From Candidatus Eiseniibacteriota bacterium (lineage in GTDB: Bacteria; Eisenbacteria; RBG-16-71-46), in contig JANMQY010000007.1 in NCBI GenBank assembly GCA_031370785.1, positions 1-44,719 of the forward strand: DNA of 44,719 bases, written 5' to 3'. Position numbers and translations under genes: made by a program. Shown one piece after another: positions 33,310 to 41,227 of this stretch. The first letter of the stretch is position 1. Each line of letters starts with the position of its first letter. The notes below the pieces were generated by a model. That model saw only the letters and a program-made list of their open reading frames with translations. It ran no database searches and was not told where the DNA came from.

Positions 33310-34719
33310 ATGAAGGTGCTGGCATCCCGTCTCGCGGTCGCAACGGCCGCAGCGCTTGCCGTGTGGGTGGTGCTCATCGGCGCCACCGTCCCCAGGCCCT
33401 CCCAGCTCGAACCCGACAAGCTGATCATCCTGTCCACGGTCGACGTGAAGGGCAAGGCCAGCCCCTGCGGCTGACACACGCCCAAAGGGGGCCTGGCCCG
33501 GCGGGCCAGTTTCGTGGACAGCATGAGGACGCAGTACAGCCAGATCCTGCTTCTGGATGATGGCGGATTCTTCCCCGAGGACGACGTTCACGAGCCGTTC
33601 GCAGGGTTCATGATGGACGCGATGACCCTGATCGGCACCGACGCGGTCGGCTGCGGAGATCGCGACCTGCGTTTCGGGATCTCGTACCTGCGTGCGCGCT
33701 CGGCACGCGCCAGGCTGCCGGTGCTCTCGGCAAACCTCGTCGACAAGGCGACCAGGCAGCCCGCGCTCAGCCCCTCGCTGATCAAGAAGGTGGGTACGGT
33801 CAAGGTCGGCATGTTCGGCTTGATCAGCGACAAGGCCGAGCTGGGCCCGTCGCGGGATTCGCTGCTGGTGCTCGATCCGACCGTCGTCGCCAAGCGCACC
33901 ATTGCCGACCTCAAGAAGCGCGGCGCCACCGTGATCGTGCTGCTCTCGCAACTCGGCAAGGTCGAGACCGAGGACCTGGCGAGTGCGGTGGATGGGCTCG
34001 ACGTGGTGATCGTCGGGCGCAACGTTCCGCTGGTGCAGAAGGGCCGCATGATCAAGGACGCGATCGCGGTCTACGGCGCCGACCAGGGCCAGTACTTCGG
34101 CCGCACTATCGTGACCCTGAATGCGGCACGCGTGGCGACCGCCAAGGAAAGCGACATGTTCCTGCTCACTCCAGAAGTGGGCGAGAAAGCCGAGGTCGCG
34201 GCGCTGGTCAAGGGGTTCGAGGACAAGTTCAACGAAGAGCAGAAGAAGCGCGAGAAGGAAGAACAGGTCAAGCACGCCCAGGCCACGAGCGGAAACGAGC
34301 CGGACCACTTCGTCGGCGGCGATGTCTGCGCGCGCTGCCATACCAGCGAGTACGCGCAGTGGCAGACCACCAAGCACGCGCTGGCGTGGAAGACCCTGGT
34401 GGATCAGCACAAGGACTCGACGCCCGAGTGCGTGGGTTGCCACGTCGTGGGCAACAGGCAGGCGGGTGGCTTCACCAACGGTACCGACACCCCGAAGCTG
34501 GTGAACGTGCAGTGCGAGAACTGCCACGGCATGGGCACCAATCACGAGGCGTTCGCGGCGAATCCTCCCAGGATCACCGAGAGCACCTGCATCCAGTGCC
34601 ACACCGCGACCACCAGCCCGACGTTCAGCTTCGCCATCTACGCGCCGCACGTGATGCACAAGTACGCGGGCGTGCCGCCTCCGATTCCCGCGCACGCGCC
34701 GACCATGGGCGGACACTGA
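33310..34719 (+). CDS. Probable selenoprotein: exported UshA-like (5'-nucleotidase-fold) domain with a CGU motif fused to a tetraheme cytochrome c domain; 469 aa, Sec at codon 55
   Basis: ATG 33310 after GGAG; signal/TM segment; DKLIILSTVDVKGKASPCG-TGA(33472-33474)-HTPKGGLARRASF is in frame with ORF 33514..34719; CARCH, CVGCH, CENCH, CIQCH. Confidence 0.85.
33470..33522 (+). promoter_or_regulatory. Bacterial SECIS-like stem-loop
   Basis: Apical stem CTGGCCC/GGGCCAG (33493-33509) with a G-initiated loop 25 nt after the TGA; lower pairings CACG/CGTG and GCTG/CAGC. Confidence 0.7.
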
Positions 34720-34745
34720 TCGGCGGCTTTGCGCTCGAGCAGATC

Positions 34746-34781
34746 GCGGGGCTCCTCGTTCGAGGGCCCCGCTCGCTTTTT
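34746..34781 (+). terminator. Intrinsic terminator after the selenoprotein gene
   Basis: GCGGGGC(T)CCTCG-TT-CGAGGGCCCCGC followed by a T5 run. Confidence 0.65.
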
Positions 34782-34804
34782 GAGCCGGCCTCTAGCCCAC
34801 TCGC

Positions 34805-34833
34805 TTGACCCTCGCTGCGGGCCCCCGTAATGT
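34805..34833 (+). promoter_or_regulatory. Sigma70-type promoter for the CBS/CGL operon
   Basis: TTGACC-N17-TAATGT. Confidence 0.6.
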
Positions 34834-34946
34834 CCGCGGCCGGCCCAAAGCACGCGGCCTCCCCCCGGGCTCAGGCCGGGAGCGCGGAGGCGCGCCGGCC
34901 GCCCACTTCCGGCCGGCCTGATTTCATTCATGAGGAGTGTTTCCCG

Positions 34947-36338
34947 GTGAGCTCGGTTCTCGATGGCGTGAAGTACTTCGAGTCGATCATCGATACCGTC
35001 GGGAATACGCCGCTGGTGCGCATCCGCGCGCTGGCGCGCGGCTCTCCCGCTCCGGTGCTGGCCAAGCTCGAGTACTTCAATCCCGGCGGTAGCGTCAAGG
35101 ATCGGATCGGACTCGCGATGGTCGAGACGGCCGAGCGCGAGGGAACGCTGCGCCCGGGCGGCACGATCGTCGAGTGCACCTCCGGCAACACCGGGGTCGG
35201 GCTGGCGATGGTCGCGGCGGTGCGGGGCTACCGCGCGGTGTTCTGCATGCCCGACAAGGTCTCGAGCGAAAAGGTGAACCTGCTCAAGGCCTACGGCGCC
35301 GAGGTGCTGCTCAGTCCGACCGCGGTCGAGCCCGACTCGCCCGAGTCGTACTACTCGGTGGCGAAGCGGGTCACGGCGGAGCGGCCCGGCGCGGTGCTGA
35401 TGAACCAGTATCACAATCCGTCGAATCCGCTCGCGCACTACCGGACGACCGGACCCGAGCTGTGGGAGCAGACCGCCGGGAAGATCACGCACTTCGTGAC
35501 CGGCATGGGCACCGGCGGCACCATTTCCGGCACCGGACGCTACCTCAAGGAGAAGAACGCAAAAGTGCAGGTGATCGGCGCGGATCCGGTCGGTTCGATC
35601 CTCAAGGCCTATCACGAGACCGGTCAGATCACCGGGGCCCACACCTACAAGATCGAGGGCGTGGGGGAGGACTTCATTCCCTCCGCGACCGACTTCAAGG
35701 TCATCGATCGGGTGATCGCGTGCAACGACCGCGACGGCCTGAACACCGCGCGACGCCTGGCGCGCGAGGACGCAATCTTCACCGGCGGCTCGGGCGGCAT
35801 GGCCGCGTGGGTCGCGCTCGAGGTGGCGAAGACGCTGACCCCGAAGGACCTGGTGGTGGTGCTGCTCCCCGACACCGGCGAGCGCTACCTGTCCAAGGTG
35901 CACAACGACGCGTGGATGCGTGACAACCATCTGCTCGACCCGGCGGTGACGCGCGTGCTCGAGGTGGTGGCGGGCAAGGGACGGGCGCTGCGCGGGCTGC
36001 TCAGGGTCGAGGCGCACGAGCCGCTGCGCCGCGCGCTGGCGCTGGTGCAGCAGCACGACGTCACGCAGATTCCGGTGTTCCGCGGGGAACAGGTGGTGGG
36101 CACGGTCTACGACAACGAGATCCTCAAGTGCGTGCTCGAGAACTCCTCGACGCTCGACAAGCCGGTCGAGACGCTGATGGGCGATCCGCTTCCGATCGTT
36201 GGCAGTGACGAGTCGGTGGACCACGTCACCCAGCTGCTCGCGTCGCGCAATCCCGCCGTGCTGGTGCGCGAGAACGGCAAGGTGACCGGGATCCTGACGC
36301 GCTTCGACATGCTGCAGTTCATCGCGGGAGGCGAGTGA
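34947..36338 (+). CDS. Cystathionine beta-synthase (PLP domain plus C-terminal CBS pair)
   Basis: GTG 34947 after GAGGAG; NPGGSVKDRIG, TSGNTG, GMGTGGT, YKIEGVG, PDTGERYLSK, CBS domains. Confidence 0.9.
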   Translation: MSSVLDGVKYFESIIDTVGNTPLVRIRALARGSPAPVLAKLEYFNPGGSVKDRIGLAMVETAEREGTLRPGGTIVECTSGNTGVGLAMVAAVRGYRAVFCMPDKVSSEKVNLLKAYGAEVLLSPTAVEPDSPESYYSVAKRVTAERPGAVLMNQYHNPSNPLAHYRTTGPELWEQTAGKITHFVTGMGTGGTISGTGRYLKEKNAKVQVIGADPVGSILKAYHETGQITGAHTYKIEGVGEDFIPSATDFKVIDRVIACNDRDGLNTARRLAREDAIFTGGSGGMAAWVALEVAKTLTPKDLVVVLLPDTGERYLSKVHNDAWMRDNHLLDPAVTRVLEVVAGKGRALRGLLRVEAHEPLRRALALVQQHDVTQIPVFRGEQVVGTVYDNEILKCVLENSSTLDKPVETLMGDPLPIVGSDESVDHVTQLLASRNPAVLVRENGKVTGILTRFDMLQFIAGGE

Positions 36339-37513
36339 TGGGAGGGGAATCCGCACTCACCCCGAAGTCGGGATTCAGCACCAGGGCGATCCACGCCGGT
36401 CAGAATCCGGACCCGACGACCGGGTCGGTGACCGTGCCGATCTATCAGACCTCGACCTACGCGCAGGAGGCGCTCGGGGTCAACAAGGGCTTCGAGTACG
36501 CGCGCACGCACAACGCGACGCGCTTCGCGCTCGAGGGCAATCTCGCGGCGCTCGAGGGCGGCAAGCATGGCTTCTGCTTCGCCTCTGGGCTCGCGGCCAC
36601 CAACACCCTGCTTCAGACTCTGTCGTCGGGGGACCACGTGGTCGCGGGCGACAACCTGTACGGAGGCACCTACCGCCTGTTCGAAAAGGTGCTGCGCCGA
36701 TTCGGGCTCGAGTTCAGCTTCGTGCCCGCTCACGACCTCGGGGCGATCGAGAAGGCGCTGCGAGCGAACACGCGCATGCTGTTCGTGGAGTCGCCGACCA
36801 ACCCGATGATGCAGCTCACCGACATCGCGGCGGCGAGCAGGCTGGCGGGAGCGCGCGGGGCTCTGACGGTGGTGGACAACACGTTCATGACCCCCTACCT
36901 CCAGCGCCCGCTCGAGCTGGGCGCGGATGTGGTGCTTCATTCGGTGACCAAGTACCTGAACGGGCACAGCGACATGGTGGGCGGGGCGCTGATCACCTCG
37001 AACGAAAAGCTCGCGGAATCGCTGCGCTACCTGCAGAACGCGGCGGGCGCGGTGCCCGGCCCGATGGATTGCTGGCTCGCGCTGCGCGGCACAAAGACCC
37101 TCGCGGTGCGCATGCAGCGCCATGAAGACAACGCGCGTGCGCTGGCGAGCTGGCTCGAGGGCCGGCCGGGCATCACCCGCGTGTTCTATCCCGGTCTTGC
37201 GAAGCATCCCCAGCACGCGCTGGCGAAGAAACAGGCGTGCGGCTTCGGCGGGATCATCTCATTCGTCGCCGGCGATGGGTCGCTCGAGTCCGGCCGGAGG
37301 ATCTTCGACCGTTTCCGCCTGTTCACCCGCGCCGAGAGCCTGGGCGGGGTCGAGAGCCTGGTGTGCCACCCGGCGTCGATGACCCACGCTTCGGTGCCGC
37401 GGGAAGACCGCCTGCGCATGGGCTTCGCCGATGGACTGCTGCGCCTCTCGATCGGGATCGAGGACGTCGAAGACCTGCGCGCCGACCTCGAACAGGCGCT
37501 GCAAGCCATTTGA
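36335..37513 (+). CDS. Cystathionine gamma-lyase/gamma-synthase family PLP enzyme
   Basis: PIYQTSTY, FASGLAA, YGGTYRL, ESPTNP, DNTF, HSVTKYLNGHSD, ESLGGVESL. Confidence 0.92.
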   Translation: MMGGESALTPKSGFSTRAIHAGQNPDPTTGSVTVPIYQTSTYAQEALGVNKGFEYARTHNATRFALEGNLAALEGGKHGFCFASGLAATNTLLQTLSSGDHVVAGDNLYGGTYRLFEKVLRRFGLEFSFVPAHDLGAIEKALRANTRMLFVESPTNPMMQLTDIAAASRLAGARGALTVVDNTFMTPYLQRPLELGADVVLHSVTKYLNGHSDMVGGALITSNEKLAESLRYLQNAAGAVPGPMDCWLALRGTKTLAVRMQRHEDNARALASWLEGRPGITRVFYPGLAKHPQHALAKKQACGFGGIISFVAGDGSLESGRRIFDRFRLFTRAESLGGVESLVCHPASMTHASVPREDRLRMGFADGLLRLSIGIEDVEDLRADLEQALQAI

Positions 37514-37564
37514 GCACTTGGCATTGCTCGCGCGTGCCGGACCCGCTTCGGTCGAAAAAACGGG

Positions 37565-37593
37565 TTGACAACCAGTGGGGTGACCCATAGCTT
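37565..37593 (+). promoter_or_regulatory. Sigma70-type promoter
   Basis: Consensus TTGACA-N17-TAGCTT. Confidence 0.7.
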
Positions 37594-37799
37594 CTCCCGC
37601 GCTTGTCCAGTCTCGTTCCCGAGGACAGGCGGTACTGAGTTCCCCACCAGACAGCCTGGGCCGCCAAACAATGAACTGATGCTCTCCGCTTCGACACCGC
37701 ACTTCGTGGTGTCCTATCGCATTGATGTTATCCGCGAATACACGGCCGCTGCCGGGGATCCCGGCGCGGCGAGCTCGAGGGGAGGTGAATACGAAAAAC

Positions 37800-37991
37800 A
37801 TGCGTAAGCTTTTCGCTCTCGCGATGGTGGCCGTTCTGGCGATGACCGTCGCTCTCGCCGTGCTCGGCTGTGGCAAGAAGGAAGAGACCTCGTCGACGAC
37901 GACTGAGACCTCGACGACCTCGATGGACAGCATGGGCACGATGACCACTGAAAGCACCACGACGACGACGGTTGACACGACGAGGCACTAG
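37800..37991 (+). CDS. Small Thr/Ser-rich lipoprotein (63 aa)
   Basis: GGAGGTGA RBS; MRKLFALA...VLGC lipobox; mature part KKEETSSTTTETSTT... Confidence 0.75.
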   Translation: MRKLFALAMVAVLAMTVALAVLGCGKKEETSSTTTETSTTSMDSMGTMTTESTTTTTVDTTRH

Positions 37992-38020
37992 TTCGTTCGG
38001 TCGATCATGCAGATTCGCGT

Positions 38021-38062
38021 GGAGGGGAGTTCCCGTACGGAGCCTCCCCTCCGCTCGTTTTT
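38021..38062 (+). terminator. Intrinsic terminator after the small lipoprotein gene
   Basis: GGAGGGGAG...CTCCCCTCC stem followed by a T5 run. Confidence 0.7.
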
Positions 38063-38119
38063 AGGGACTCCGGGCCGGCTCAGGCCCCACGCCTCCGACT
38101 GCAAAACCCTGTCCCGGCC

Positions 38120-38147
38120 GCAACCCCGCACCATCGCGGGACGTAGA
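38120..38147 (+). promoter_or_regulatory. Candidate ECF promoter for the second DUF4097 operon
   Basis: GCAACCC-N15-CGTAGA, 27 nt upstream of GTG 38175. Confidence 0.6.
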
Positions 38148-38174
38148 CAGCGGTGTGAGAGGAGGGTTTCGACG

Positions 38175-39236
38175 GTGCTTCGACCAGTCCTGACATTGTT
38201 CGCCGGCCTCACCCTGCTGGCGGGAGCCGTTCCGGCTTCGGCCGGGGTGTGGCGCGAAAGCAGCGAACGCGTGCTGCCCGCCGCCGGGCTTCGGGCGGTG
38301 CGCATCGAGAACCCGTCGGGACTGATCCAGGTGCGCCCCAGCCGGGACGGCCGGGTGCACGTCACCGCGCTCAAGGTGATCCGCGGAGATGCGGGCGACC
38401 ACGATCGGCTCGCACGCGGCTCCAGGGTCGAGATCGGAACCGATGCGGGCGTCCTCGACCTGCAGGTGAGCTACCCCTCCAACATCCGCGTCCAGCTCAA
38501 CTTCTGGGACCTGTTCAAGGGCTTCGAGTTTCCGCGTGTCGAGGTCCGGCTTTCGGTCGACGTGCCTCCCGGGCTTCCGGTTACCCTGACCTCGGCGAGC
38601 GGCGACCTCAGCAGCGAGGGTCTGGTCGCGCCACAGAGCCTGTCTTCATCCAGCGGCGACATCACCGTGCGCGCTGGCGGCCGCGTGGCGGCGAGCAGCG
38701 CGAGCGGCGATCTGTTCGGCATCGATTGCTCGGGCGGCACGTTTCGCTCGACCAGCGGTGACGTCGTGGTCGAGAGCGCGCGTGGCCCGGTCGTGATCCA
38801 TACCGCGAGCGGAGATGCCGCGGTCACCGGCGGTGCGGACTCGCTCAGTGTCGAAACCGTGAGCGGCGACATCCGAGTCGATCGCGCGGCGCGCGGCCTG
38901 ATCGCGAGCACCGGAAGCGGCACCATCGACGTGAAACGGGCTGCGAGCCGGGTCTCGATCGAGTCGGCGAGCGGGGATCTCGCAGTGGGCCTCGAGGCCC
39001 CTCTGACTGCCGCGACGGTCACCTCGGGAAGCGGTGACATCGAGCTTCGGCTCGCCCCCGGACTCAGCTGCGATCTCGAGGTGCGGACCTCGAACGGAAC
39101 GCTGGACGCGGCGCTGCCGATCCAGGTGAAATCGATGAGCCGACACATGATCTCGGCGACCGTCGGAAGAGGCGGCGCACCGGTGACGATTCGAAGCTCC
39201 TCGGGGGACATCCACGTGACGAGCGGAGGGAACTGA
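38175..39236 (+). CDS. Exported DUF4097-type beta-strand repeat protein
   Basis: GAGGAGG RBS, GTG start, signal peptide ending PASA, many (S/T)xSGD repeats. Confidence 0.85.
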   Translation: MLRPVLTLFAGLTLLAGAVPASAGVWRESSERVLPAAGLRAVRIENPSGLIQVRPSRDGRVHVTALKVIRGDAGDHDRLARGSRVEIGTDAGVLDLQVSYPSNIRVQLNFWDLFKGFEFPRVEVRLSVDVPPGLPVTLTSASGDLSSEGLVAPQSLSSSSGDITVRAGGRVAASSASGDLFGIDCSGGTFRSTSGDVVVESARGPVVIHTASGDAAVTGGADSLSVETVSGDIRVDRAARGLIASTGSGTIDVKRAASRVSIESASGDLAVGLEAPLTAATVTSGSGDIELRLAPGLSCDLEVRTSNGTLDAALPIQVKSMSRHMISATVGRGGAPVTIRSSSGDIHVTSGGN

Positions 39237-39239
39237 TCC

Positions 39240-40598
39240 ATGCGCAGATTCACCCTGGGGCTGCTGGCCATCCTCGCCATCTGTGGGGGCGTCGAGGTCG
39301 CGACACTTCTGGAGCCGTCTCATCTCGTCCCGGCCACCGCGCGCCTGGCGAGATTCGTGATCGCGCGCGCCAACCAGCTCGGGGCGCGCGCCGCGTGGGC
39401 CGCAGACGAGATGCAGTTCACCCGGGTCTCGCCCGAGAGCGCGGCGCGGATCGAGCGCCGCATGCACCCGCGCCGCGGCACGACCGTGATCACACGGGTC
39501 GTCAGCGACACGCTGACGCCGCTCCCGCCGATCGAGCCCGAGGCTCCGCTGCCGCCCGGCCGCTCCGGCGAGATGATGCGCATCGGCTCGGACATTCACA
39601 TCGAGAAGGATCAGACCGTGGTCGGCGATGTGGTCGCGATCAGCGGAGATGTCACCGTGGACGGCCACGTCAAGGGTGACGTGACTGCGCTGCGCGGCGA
39701 TGTCTATCTCGGCTCCACCGCCCGTGTCGACGGCGACGTCGCCTGCATCGGCGGCGAGCTGCACGAGGAATCCGGCGCATTCGTGGGTGGCCAGCGCGTG
39801 ACCGCGCTTGGCGGCCGCGAAACACGCAAGTCACGCATCCATCGCCGCGTCGCGGATGGTGTGGACGACACCGTGGACCGTGCCGTGCGTAATTTCTCGC
39901 GGTTCGGCGCCACGCTCGCATGGTTGCTGGTGATGCTGGGCTTGATCTGGCTCGCGGTCCGCATCGCCGGGGGCCGCACCGCGATCGCGGTAGACGTGCT
40001 GCGCCGCGAAACCGCGGCTTCGCTCGGGGTGGGCCTGCTGGCGTGGGTACTCATCGTTCCCTCGCTGATCGCGCTGTGCCTCGTCGTGGCGATCCTGTGC
40101 ATCACCATCATCGGAATTCCGGTCGCGATCGCGGCGCTGTTCGCATACGGCGTACTGGTGGCCGTGCTGATCCTGTGGGGCTTCATCGTCGGCCTGGCGT
40201 GGTTCGGCGAGCAGTTCGGGCGCCGTTTCCTGCCCGCCGGCGGAGTCTCGCTCACCCGCGCCGCGATGTTCGGCGCGCTCGCGATCATCGGCGGCAGAGC
40301 CATCGGGCACCTGCTGCACGCGATTCCGGGTCTGGGCTTCATTGGCGGATTCCTGGTGGTGATCTCGTGGATCGTGAGCAGCCTGGTGACCACGCTCGGT
40401 GCAGGTTCGCTGCTGCGCTCGGAATTCGCGACCGGACTGGTGGGTCGCTGGTGGCGCGGCACGCGCACCCCGCGCGGCACGAGCGTTCCGCCCGTCGCAC
40501 CGGCCTCGCCGATCTCGGCGGCTCCGCCGCCTCCGAGCGCTCCGCCTTCGGATCCCGGCGCCGAGGGAAGCGGACCTTCGAGCTGGCCGACCAGCTGA
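39240..40598 (+). CDS. Bactofilin-like (polymer-forming) beta-helix protein with a C-terminal multi-TM domain
   Basis: Repeats VVGDVVAISGDVTVDGHVKGDVTALRGDV...VDGDV, followed by about five hydrophobic helices and a Pro-rich tail. Confidence 0.75.
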   Translation: MRRFTLGLLAILAICGGVEVATLLEPSHLVPATARLARFVIARANQLGARAAWAADEMQFTRVSPESAARIERRMHPRRGTTVITRVVSDTLTPLPPIEPEAPLPPGRSGEMMRIGSDIHIEKDQTVVGDVVAISGDVTVDGHVKGDVTALRGDVYLGSTARVDGDVACIGGELHEESGAFVGGQRVTALGGRETRKSRIHRRVADGVDDTVDRAVRNFSRFGATLAWLLVMLGLIWLAVRIAGGRTAIAVDVLRRETAASLGVGLLAWVLIVPSLIALCLVVAILCITIIGIPVAIAALFAYGVLVAVLILWGFIVGLAWFGEQFGRRFLPAGGVSLTRAAMFGALAIIGGRAIGHLLHAIPGLGFIGGFLVVISWIVSSLVTTLGAGSLLRSEFATGLVGRWWRGTRTPRGTSVPPVAPASPISAAPPPPSAPPSDPGAEGSGPSSWPTS

Positions 40599-40629
40599 TT
40601 CGCGGCGCACTCGGAGTGTGATAGAGATG

Positions 40630-40677
40630 CGGCGCCCGGATCCCGCATGAGGCGGGACCGGGCGCCGATTTCTTTTT
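40630..40677 (+). terminator. Intrinsic terminator
   Basis: CGGCGCCCGG..TCCCGC / GCGGGA CCGGGCGCCG followed by ATTTCTTTTT. Confidence 0.75.
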
Positions 40678-40705
40678 CCAACCTGATTCCAGGAGACCGC
40701 GCCGC

Positions 40706-41227
40706 GTGCGTCCCGAATCGCTGGGGTGGCTTTGCCTGCTGCTGTTCGCAGATGGCGCCACGCTCGGCATCTTCACGACGCCGCTGCTGCTGCACTACGG
40801 GCACATCCACCCGCCTCTCCTCATCGCACTGCTCGGTGGCCTCGCGAGCGCGCTCGGCAGCGCGCTCCAGCTGGCGATCCTGCGCTGGCTCCTCAAGGCC
40901 GGGCAGCCCTGGATGCGGCGGTTCGCCACGCCGCGCGAGAAGCTCGAGGATGCGCAGCGCCGCTACCCTTCGGCATCGTTCCTCGGGATCATGGTCGCAC
41001 GCGCGACTCCGCTTCCCGATGCGCCGCTCAAGCTGGTCGCGGCGGTGCTCGGCTACCCGATTCCGCTCTACGCGCTGGCGGTGTTCCTCGGGTCGCTTCC
41101 CTACTACTTCGCGCTGGCGACGGTCGGCCGGCTGGTCAAGATCCCGCTGTGGGTGCTGCTCGCGGGAGTGGGCGTCGTGATCGTCGCGGTGCTGTTCGAT
41201 CGGCTGCGCCGGCGGGGACGCGCGTGA
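40706..41227 (+). CDS. DedA/VTT (SNARE-associated) family membrane protein
   Basis: Hydrophobic; GGLASALGS, ARATPLPDAPLKLVAAVLGYP pattern. Confidence 0.7.
   Translation: MRPESLGWLCLLLFADGATLGIFTTPLLLHYGHIHPPLLIALLGGLASALGSALQLAILRWLLKAGQPWMRRFATPREKLEDAQRRYPSASFLGIMVARATPLPDAPLKLVAAVLGYPIPLYALAVFLGSLPYYFALATVGRLVKIPLWVLLAGVGVVIVAVLFDRLRRRGRA

Noticed and set aside
33472..33474. The TGA as a pseudogene nonsense mutation or as genome-wide UGA reassignment
   Set aside because: TGA ends many genes in this window, so it is not reassigned. The CG* context, downstream hairpin and intact frame, promoter and terminator favour Sec over decay.
34835..34946. SAM or SAH riboswitch in the CBS leader
   Set aside because: GC-rich stems are present but I could not match any SAM or SAH riboswitch consensus; an Rfam scan would settle it.
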